The notes under the pieces: generated by a model
What the model saw: the letters and a program-made list of their open reading frames with translations, nothing else
Told to the model about the DNA's origin: nothing
Databases searched by the model: none
Shown: in pieces, positions 1-8,200 of the stretch
Position numbering within the stretch: position 1 is the first letter of the stretch
Layout: each line of letters opens with the position of its first letter
Program-made: the position numbers and the translations under genes
From: Paraspadella gotoi
Lineage: Eukaryota; Animalia; Chaetognatha
Assembly (NCBI GenBank): GCA_051294375.1
Contig: JBJCIZ010001667.1
Location: forward strand, 40,702 to 53,348
DNA: 12,647 bases
Reading direction: 5' to 3'

Positions 1-440
1 CACGGACAAAATATCTCGCCTCAACGCGCATTGCAGAGCCGGCGAAAACCGACGAATCAGAGAGCTTAACGAAAAGCACAAACTAAAGATTTCACAGCCT
101 CTGAAGATTGAAACGTTTTTTAGTGTTTATTTGTAGAATATTCAATGTACAATGACGATCATTACAGTTTTGTAAACTACTCGATTGTACCTTTCGTTCG
201 ACATGTATTTTAACATTGTTTATTGTATCGAACTAATTGTAAAACGTATTTTTGTATCCATAAACAAACAAACGGATCAAGTGCACTGGTAAAATTTACG
301 CGTGCTTTCGATCAGGTCCGATCGCAAAATATTTAAGCGTTGTAATTGTTATTATCGTCGCTCGTAATTATCAAATGATAATAAACTTTACTTATGCCAA
401 AAAGTGCCCCTTTAAGATTTCCGTTAAAATCTGACTACCC

Positions 441-809
441 AAATTGCAAACGCATTGCCAGAAATTTGGGTAAAAAACAGTTGTAAAAACGCATTATTCT
501 GATAGCATTATATCTTAAGAGCTTGTCAAATTCGTCTTATGGCATTTGTTAAAGGATTTAATATCAAACAAGCCAAGGGAAATGCACTAGTCATCTCCAG
601 AGAATTTTCCAAACCTCGTTTTTACTATAGAAATGAACGGGAAATTTTCCTTTTTGAAAATTGCAAATGGGGTTATGGTATGTTAACGTTATAAATATCA
701 TTTGAATTATGAGATTTGGAAAGCCTCTTGTCTCAAGAGCTTGTCAATTTTTCTTTTCATTATTGTTCGAACTCTTCATAGTAAACCAACGTGGTAAAGT
801 CCATTGGTC
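441..809. repeat. Degenerate ~217-bp-period tandem duplication
   Basis: aaattgcaaa at 441 and 658, and aagagcttgtcaa at 517 and 735, have nearly the same offset. Weaker similarity continues downstream. Confidence 0.45.
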
Positions 810-864
810 TGGTTTGACACCATGAAATTTTTTTTTAAAAGAAATTAAAAGGAAGGTTGAGAGA

Positions 865-1171
865 CAAGATAGAGGCTCACCTACCGCCAGAACTCTCTCT
901 TCTCTTCCCCTCTCAACGCCTCCTCCTCCCCTCGTCGTCCCCTCCTCTTCATCCCCGGAGTCACGGATAGAGTCTGGAGATCGGACAGACTAGTTCAACT
1001 TTCTCCTCTCGGTCTGGGTCTGAAAACCTCCTCTCCCTTTCTCCCTTATGTACCTTGATACCCTTTGTTATATCTGTTTTCCTATTACCATTAATACTTA
1101 CCCTACTTACCTCTTTTCCCTGATGAGAGACTAGTTAGTACCTACCTTTAGCTAGATACCCTCTTCCCAGT
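865..1171. repeat. Direct repeat copy A (~310 bp, pyrimidine-rich on + strand)
   Basis: Aligns by eye to 1881-2210 from caag(a/t)tagaggctcac to tcttcccagt. It shares long exact blocks such as cctcctcttcatccccggagtcacggatagagtct, and the differences are largely small indels. Confidence 0.95.
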
Positions 1172-1183
1172 GACGCCAATCAG

Positions 1184-1252
1184 GCCTCTCCCAAGGTTTA
1201 ACCTTCCCCAGGATTAAGTTTCCCTGCTCTACCGACTAACTGGCTAACCGGC
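1184..1252 (-). pseudogene. tRNA-Lys(CTT)-like sequence (pseudo-tRNA or SINE head)
   Basis: The minus strand reads GCCGGTTAGCCAGTTAGTCGGTAGAGCAGGGAAACTTAATCCTGGGGAAGGTTAAACCTTGGGAGAGGC. It contains AGTCGGTAGAGCA as in metazoan tRNA-Lys(CTT), and a GGGA/TCCT stem around a 7-nt loop centred on CTT. An AAGG/CCTT stem encloses a degenerate B-box (GGTTAAACC). The acceptor stem does not form properly. Confidence 0.5.
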
Positions 1253-1829
1253 AAACCCTCCCTAATTTTTTTTTCTTCCATCTTTCCTCTCTTAATTTTT
1301 TTTCATCCTAATTTTTTTCTTATCTTCCTCGCGCGCGCAATAAAAAAAATTTCAACTCTCCCTAATATTTCACAAAAAATTTTCCCTGCACTGCGCAAAA
1401 ACGTTTTAAAAAAAATTGTTTCTTCAACTCAACGCCAAAGGAAAATACGAATAAGAACCACGCCCATCTCACACAATAAACAGTAAGATCACTAATTCGC
1501 CCTTTTTTTTAGCTAATCCGGGACATTTAGTGTTGTACTGTAACACAATAAAATTGTAATATTTCTTCCCTTTCAGCAAAATAATCCGGGACGTTAATGT
1601 AATCTAATGTATATATTCCCTCTAGTCCTTTACCTTATTATCCCTCTATACACCCAGCGTTTTCATCTTAGCTATTCTGTCACTCTGTTTCAAATTGAAA
1701 ATTCGTAGTTTGTCTTATTTTTCCTAATATCTTTTGAAGGAACAAAGATACAGGGATGACAATAGTACCAAAATGAAGCCATAATCATTGGGCACATACA
1801 AGTTACAGACTAAGGAAAGAAGTTTCAAG

Positions 1830-1880
1830 AAAAAAAAAAACAAAAATTAATTAATTAATTAATTAATCGATTAATTAATT
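1830..1880. repeat. A-tract plus (TTAA)n simple repeat
   Basis: A11 at 1830-1840, then ttaattaattaattaattaatcgattaattaatt. Confidence 0.9.
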
Positions 1881-2210
1881 CAAGTTAGAGGCTCACCCTA
1901 CCGCCAGAACCTCTCTCTCCCCCGGGCCTTCTCTTCCCCCTCTCAACGCCTCCTCCTCCCCTATCGTCCCCTCCTCTTCATCCCCGGAGTCACGGATAGA
2001 GTCTTGGAGATCGGACAGACTCTCTCAACTTCTCCTTTCGGTCTCGGGGTCTGAAAACCTCCCCTCTCCCTTCTCTCCCTTTTTTGGACCCTTGATACCC
2101 TTTGTTATATCTGTTTTCCTATTACCATTACATACTTACCCTACTTACCTCTTTTCCCTGATGAGAGACTCGTTAGTACCTACTTTTAGCTAGATACCCA
2201 TCTTCCCAGT
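1881..2210. repeat. Direct repeat copy B (~330 bp)
   Basis: Second copy of 865-1171, flanked on both sides by TTAA-type simple repeat. Confidence 0.95.
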
Positions 2211-3309
2211 AATTATTTAATTAATTATCGTAGGCAGATCCGACATTGTTTGCTCAAACTTGTTAAGCGAGATTCTTGTCTACATTCAGTCGATTTTCGG
2301 CACTATTCGTTACATCCCCGGTTACCGTTTTTTCATTGTTATTGCCATTATTCTTAACGGCAAAGGTTATCATCAAAAATTCTGTCATATTTATCATCTC
2401 TACACTTGTTAATTTAATTTATATCATCAATTAATTTTGAAATCAGTAGTTTTTACGATATAATGCAATTTTAGATAAAAGTTATGCCCAAAACATATTT
2501 TTACCTTACTTTTATCCCTAGCACTAATTAATTATTTATTAATTATTATTCAAAGAACCTATTAGTTAATCATCTAAGTTATTAAGTATTATACTTTACA
2601 AAATCTCTCAAATTAATTATAAATAGCATATTTACTTCAGGAATAGAACCCCCGACTTACCGAGTCACAATCACCGTCTTATTCGATGTCGCCACTCGGC
2701 AGTGTTAGCGGAAGACATCCCAAACTCGGAATAATTATATTTCAAGTCATTTCAATTGATCTTTTGTTATCATTAGCTTCCATCGGCGGCCGCCTCTGTT
2801 ATTAATTATCTAAGATGTGTGGCGACTCTCAAATGATTATTTTAGGCAAAAAACAAGAAGACGTTTTCGCGATTAAATATTTACATGTAATGGTTCAAAA
2901 ACCATGGCAAACAAATAAAGTAAAAATCATAACCAAGGAAATATAACAATAACAACAATAACAAATAATTACAGAATTAGCGTTTGTTACGCTCAACAGT
3001 AGGTAAACGGTTACGTGGGCGAGGAACTTTCATCCACTAAATGGTTGAGTGGTGAAGATTTCACTAGTGGTGAATGGTAAGGTCACCGTCGTCGGCGATT
3101 GTCGTCGTCTTTGTCGTCCGTCTTCGTCATTGTTGGTCGCTTACAGATGCTCCATCCTGTTTCGGTAACGAGACCTGTGACCCTCAATAGATGACGACTA
3201 GAGAGCTGGATTGTATGCGATAAGTCTGTCTAATTTAGTGTTTGAAGTTACCTGAAATAATTGTTGATTGCCAGAGTTGTATTAATTAATTAAACAGTTG
3301 ATAAAATAT

Positions 3310-3652
3310 TTGCGTCTTAATCTGGGGTTGCGAGTCGATTTCGAAAACTAGACGTATTTTCTATATGAATTTGGTATCGTTGGTAAAGAGAATGGCGAAA
3401 TTAACCGAAATCCAAAATTTCATTAAATCGGACGACGGCGTTCAAAAGTTATCGGCAAAAAAAGACCGCGAAAAAACGCTGTCTCGGCGGATCCAAACTC
3501 GCGCTATTTAAAGCCGATTCCGTTTTGGTTCTACAAAGAAAGTATACTAGTTCAAAGTACTTAGAACGCCCGAATTTAGCCTAAGCCTCGTATGGCGTGA
3601 TCCCGGGGCCTCATAAAGAAATAATTTTATTCTATCCAAGCCTCGGACGCAA
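3310..3652. mobile_element. Possible non-autonomous DNA element remnant (MITE/HINE-like)
   Basis: A 7-bp inverted repeat TTGCGTC (3310-3316) / GACGCAA (3646-3652) brackets a CpG-richer block. The internal motifs aaaatttcattaaatcgg...ttcaaaagttatcg and ggtatcgttgg resemble motifs common in invertebrate non-autonomous elements (recollection, not a database match). Confidence 0.3.
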
Positions 3653-4358
3653 GGAGTAATAACACCATATGAACTGAAATAGAAGGTAAATATACATTTT
3701 TTTATACAAATTATGCATAAGTTAAACTCAAAAAAAAGTATGGCGAAAAAAATTATAGCAAGAAAGACTAAATTTAAGTTAAAAAGATATGCTGCAGAGC
3801 CAGCAGAGGAGACAGGCTCACGTAGATTAATTTTGAGCACATGCGTGCAGATTTGTTCGATAGTAAAAAACCAACTTATTACTTTTATAACTATTGGCCA
3901 TTGAAAAAATTTATAATTTTCGTAATTAATTCTGAATTCTAACAGAGACCATGCGCTAATTTTGAATTTGAAAGATTTGCTAGAATATGTGCGAATAGGT
4001 TAATTTAATATTTATCCATATGCCATGTTATTGAAACTTTAAATACTTAGTTAACACTATTTTCAATGTCTCTTATAAAACGCTAGATATATTGATAGGA
4101 TTCGTCTTTGAATTATTCTGTGCTAAACCAAAAAAAACTAGAGTCGATCGGATTTCTCGACGATTTTGAACTGTTGTTAAGCGAGGTTCTCCGTGAAATG
4201 GATTCCCCTGGCAGACAACGATTACGGACGGCGGGCTCAACTTTGGGCCACGAGCAGCTGGGGCTCTCTCCAGATATTATCAGACACTGACTCACGAGAT
4301 TGCCGTCGGAGGAATCCGCGTCAGTTTTTCCATACTCCCCGGAGGAATGCTTACTACA

Positions 4359-4839
4359 ACGGATTTCAAATGGGATATGGAATGAAGGGATCAAATACTG
4401 TAACTAAATTATTTGTTATAGCACTTCATTGTTTTGGACCCTGGTAAAAAAATCGATAAAGTTTTTTTGATTTTTCAACTTCCCAGTTGCGTCCAGCTTT
4501 GCTTTACTTTCTTAGTTATGTGTCTGTCAACATAGCATGTCGAATTGCAAAAAGCAAAATTTTTTTTAATTTGAAAAGAATTCTTCCTGTTAAAAGAGAT
4601 ATATTTTTATGAAAAAAAAAGAATATAGCGATTCAGAACCCTTCAGAAAAATATTACAAAAAAACTGCTGAAGGCACACGTGCATATGATGTAAAGTATT
4701 AACCAATTTGCTTTAAAAGAATATAACAATTTTAAGGACTTTTTCTACTTAATTAAAATAAATAAAATATTAATCACAGTCAGTCAGGTTAAAAGTTTAT
4801 AATAATTCTTTTTCATTTCACTCCCATTTGGAAATCCGT
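4359..4839. repeat. Imperfect 28-bp inverted repeat pair enclosing ~425 bp AT-rich DNA (MITE-like)
   Basis: acggatttcaaatgggatatggaatgaa (4359-4386) versus the reverse complement of 4812-4839 (acggatttccaaatgggagtgaaatgaa): 25 of 29 aligned columns are identical. Confidence 0.6.
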
Positions 4840-6181
4840 GATGAAAATTGCAAATCATTAAATTGTTTCACTATTTTCTATTTTTCTATTTTAATATTTT
4901 TATGAAAGATTTAGTATTTAATTATTGAATTAATTTATTAATTTATTACTATATTATTTAATTTATTTGAAATGAATATGACGAAATATGTTTCTTATAT
5001 TTACAACCTTTCTGGAAGGTTTTTAATACACATCACTGAGGATATATATAATCATTTGTTGATTAACATGGGGCGTTTGGAGAAAAGGAATTATTGTGCT
5101 GAGGCTAGATATAATGAATTAAATAAACTGGAATGATTCAATTTAATTAAAATCATTTCGCCCGATGTCTAACTGTGAAGCAACTTCGCATGTTAGTCGG
5201 CATGCGATGAACCGCGTTACCTGTGGTCATGGAGCTGATGCTTTACTCAATGACACCGGGTCACAACTGAAAGTATCATGAATTTAAAAAAGGGTGTGAA
5301 CATAGGCAATGCCCGGACCTACATGCAGCTTGGGTCATTGCCCCTGGCCAAGATGAAGCACTAGTCGCTAAACATATTATTATTCACAAATTAACTAACA
5401 TGAAACATGTGAAGTTAAATTTTCTTGTTTTTATTTCTTTGATCTAAAACAAATGCCTTAAGCCACATTTTACAAAGGGCGTATCGATTAATTAAAATTT
5501 ACCCACATCAGAAAAGATATAGATAAGCTTGAAGATTAATTTGGAGATCAGCGCATATCGGGCATTCCGGCCTATATATGTCAAAAAATAAAACTGATAG
5601 AACTAAAGCAAAAAGGGGTTTCACTTGATGCACATAAAGTAACATTGATTTAAAAGTATTTAATTACTTAATATTTTGCATACAAGTTTTTTCAGACATG
5701 GCTCAAATCATTTGAGTTCTCGTGACCTATAGTATACCAAGCATTGTTGAGTGTTGGTTGATAGATTTTATGTTCGTCATCCCTGTAAATTTAATAAATG
5801 TATAGCAATTAATCAAGGATAATTGTTTAAAGGGTTGAATGCATTATTATTTTAACCAAAGATTATCAATTCATTATATTTTATATATTTTAATAAAAAG
5901 ACATGTAAACAATTCATGCGATCACGGCATAGAGTATCCAAATTCACAATTAGACAAGTTGGCAACAAATTTCATATGCCTTTTTTTACTCATTTCATTT
6001 ATGATCTTATGATAATTCCAGGTTATGTTAACATAGAAAATATATAAATTTAGACGAGAAGGCGTCTCGTGGGACAGCCTCATTCTGAAATAACAAGTTT
6101 GAGCAAGAACAATGTCGGAAATTTCCGGGCATTTCAATTAGCAGTAAGCAGACAAATCAGATCAATTGATAAATAATAAAT

Positions 6182-6440
6182 TATGGCAACAGCCGGGTTG
6201 CCGTTGATGCCTCATTGGGATTGGCGGCATCTCACTGTTGGGCTTTGGCTTCCGGACCCTCAGTTGACGCCCCAGTCACGGGCGCGGTTTACCCATAGGA
6301 CGGTTCCGCTTTGCCAACGCAGAGGGAAGTCGTTGCTGGGATGACACTACGCCTGAGATGGTAGTGTTCCCCCTCTAGAGCCAGGATTTGGCTGAGGAGT
6401 AGGATGGGACGAGTGAGGGCGTGTGAATATACCTGCCACA
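6182..6440. repeat. Terminal direct repeat 1 (~259 bp)
   Basis: Collinear shared blocks with 6680-6932: ggcatctcactgtt, gaccctcagt, gcagagggaagtcgtt, acactacgc, tgttcccc, tgtgaatatacc. Confidence 0.9.
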
Positions 6441-6548
6441 GGATCCCGGGCCAAGACATCACTCAGGTTCCTCAAGCCTGAGAGGTGTCTACAGACTGTT
6501 TTACCATAGTGGGAGACGACGAGAGAGAGAGAGCGCGAGTTGTGTGGG

Positions 6549-6643
6549 GCATAGGGATGTTGTCGTAGCAGTACCCAGGGGCATAGGCGTTTTCGTAGCA
6601 TACCGAAGTCAGCAGCGCATAGGCGTTGGTCGTAGCGTTACCC
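6549..6643. repeat. Three-unit minisatellite (period 32-36 bp)
   Basis: Units of the form gcatagg..gtt.tcgtagc..tacc start at 6549, 6581 and 6617. Confidence 0.85.
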
Positions 6644-6679
6644 ATGAGAGTTGCGTGTTCGATGAGTAGAGGTCGAATT

Positions 6680-6932
6680 CATTGCGAACAGCGGTTGGCC
6701 TGTGATGCCATTGGAAATGGGGCATCTCACTGTTTGGCTATTGGGGCTCCGACCCTCAGTGACCCTGCAGTCACTGGCGCGTGTACCTGGACGGTCATCG
6801 CTTTGGCCAAGCAGAGGGAAGTCGTTAGGAGCTGTGATGGAACACTACGCTGGATCGGTGTTGTTCCCCTCTGAGCCAAATGGATTTGTGAAGGGATGGT
6901 GGCGTGAGGCGGTTGTGAATATACCGCCCACA
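6680..6932. repeat. Terminal direct repeat 2 (~253 bp)
   Basis: Second copy of 6182-6440, with differences dominated by small indels. Confidence 0.9.
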
Positions 6933-7309
6933 AAATTTTTTGTTTATATCATATTTACTCTGAAGAAGAAGACATTATGATCGCAACCGGTATGTTATCA
7001 GGAAAAGTCCCCTGCGCCGACGGACTAGTATAAAAAGAAGAATTAGTAAACTCGCAAACGACAACGCGAGAGAGTGGATAAAAGGACGGATTCTTCCGGG
7101 GGAGGGAAGAGAGGATGAGATCGAGGTGCCTACCCTCTTGAAAAGATGTCACACTGTGTGACCTCGAATGTCACTGTAAGATGGTCGCCATTCGTGTGGA
7201 ACTAAGGGGTGGAGAAGGAATAACAACCTAAATGACATCTGGAAAGGAGCTCTTTGACTGGACCTTTACAGGACGACATTACTGGGGTCTGGTTTAATCT
7301 ACGGGTAAA

Positions 7310-7880
7310 TGGTAATAATAAGGAATATGTGAACGCTGATGACATTGAACAAAAGTAAAAAAAAATTAAAGACTAAGTTCAGTATATCATCAGCTTGTAA
7401 AAAAATTTCTAATACTAAGTAAATGAAACCTGTGATTAAGTATGTAAAAAATATTTACAGAATTTAAAGGAATTATTGGAGGTAGATGAATCAACAGTAA
7501 AGGCAAATATAATGAAATAGTAAAATGCTGATGTCAAAGTACAAAATAAAATGGACGTCCCTTATTCATCAGCTCTAGGAAATTTAAAGAAACGAATAGC
7601 ATCAGTTAACAAAAACGTACATTTAAAGAGCTGATGTGAAAACACAATATGTTCACTGATATATTAAAACGTACGACTGCTCAGAGGGCACAATTGACTC
7701 GTACAAGTACCGCAAACTACAAGTGATAAAATTTTTCAATAATAATAGATGGACGTTGATCGGAAAGAAATAAAAAAAATACAAGAACGTTCCATTACAA
7801 TTAATCAGATTTTAGAACATAACAAGTAATGATACATACTTATAAAAGCTGTTGCTAATCCTCGATGCACAATATAATCG
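7310..7880 (+). pseudogene. Degraded ankyrin-repeat-like coding remnant
   Basis: Frame-hopping fragments recur roughly every 100-120 nt: NADD (7332), NADVKVQNK + GRPLFISS (7524-7576), RADVKTQ (7627), KLQVIKFFNNN + MDVD (7714-7760) and ILIKAVANP (7836-7862). They resemble the ankyrin consensus G-TPLH...VKLLL--GADVN. There are many stops and frameshifts. Confidence 0.42.
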
Positions 7881-7974
7881 TATCAGCGGTAAAGCAAAAG
7901 CAAATGAATAATAAAATAAAATAAGCTACATAATTTTTATATTTTCCTTTTTTAATTTGTTCTGTTGTGGGCAG

Positions 7975-8200
7975 AGAGGGTTTGATAAACTAGTAAAGCT
8001 ATTCCGGCGACAAAGCAATGTTAGCAAGGCACCTCCACCTTGTATGGCGAGCAGTTGTTTGTTCATGACAGCAAAAGCATATCAATACAGTGCATGGGGA
8101 CAGCAAAGTTTTCAACCAGACGATTTGGGGCATTCAGAGGGGGATCTGGTCTTTGTGAGCATGCATGGTTGCCTCGGCGGATATGATGGCAGATGGAAGG
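7975..8200 (-). pseudogene. Possible piggyBac-type transposase C-terminal Cys-rich domain fragment
   Basis: The minus strand gives HLPSYPP (from 8195), then in another frame ICFCCHEQTTARHTRWRCLANIALSPE*, followed by GC TTT ACT AGT. With small indel corrections this resembles C..C-xn-T...C..C...LC..CF..YH. Confidence 0.33.

Larger units (their letters stand above)
6182..6932. mobile_element. Candidate TRIM / miniature non-autonomous LTR element
   Basis: Two ~255-bp direct repeats surround a ~240-bp non-coding core, forming a sharp GC-rich island in AT-rich DNA. Both repeats end in CCACA, and aaat(t) occurs on both flanks. There is no convincing PBS or PPT. Confidence 0.45.

Noticed and set aside
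2-136. Open frame TDKISRLNAHCRAGENRRIRELNEKHKLKISQPLKIETFFSVYL* at the left edge
   Set aside because: It could be a terminal exon, but it is only 44 aa with no recognisable motif.
1094-1102. ATACTTACC matching the U1 snRNA 5' end
   Set aside because: Similarity stops after 9 nt; it is simply the complement of a splice-donor consensus.
1015-1135. Hammerhead ribozyme (CTGATGA in both repeat copies, GAAA upstream) / retrozyme
   Set aside because: The core elements are ~100 nt apart, stem II is out of register, and stems I and III could not be built.
1184-1252. Functional tRNA-Lys gene
   Set aside because: The acceptor stem is broken, the T-loop lacks TTC and the D-arm has an insertion. Kept only as tRNA-derived.
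865-2210. The two ~310-bp repeats as LTRs of one element
   Set aside because: There are no TG...CA ends, PBS, PPT or TSD.
2260-4190. 16/17 match ttgttaagcgag(a/g)ttct at 2260-2276 and 4174-4190
   Set aside because: The match does not extend on either side and is too short to interpret.
3547-4447. Short ORFs at 3547-3904 and 4108-4447
   Set aside because: They overlap on both strands, several have non-ATG starts, and none shows a recognisable domain.
6549-6643. CRISPR-like array
   Set aside because: There are only three degenerate units with almost no spacers, no cas genes, and the context is eukaryotic.
5922-6980. Short ORFs in and beside the direct-repeat element
   Set aside because: Reading frames are not conserved between the two repeat copies and there are no known motifs.
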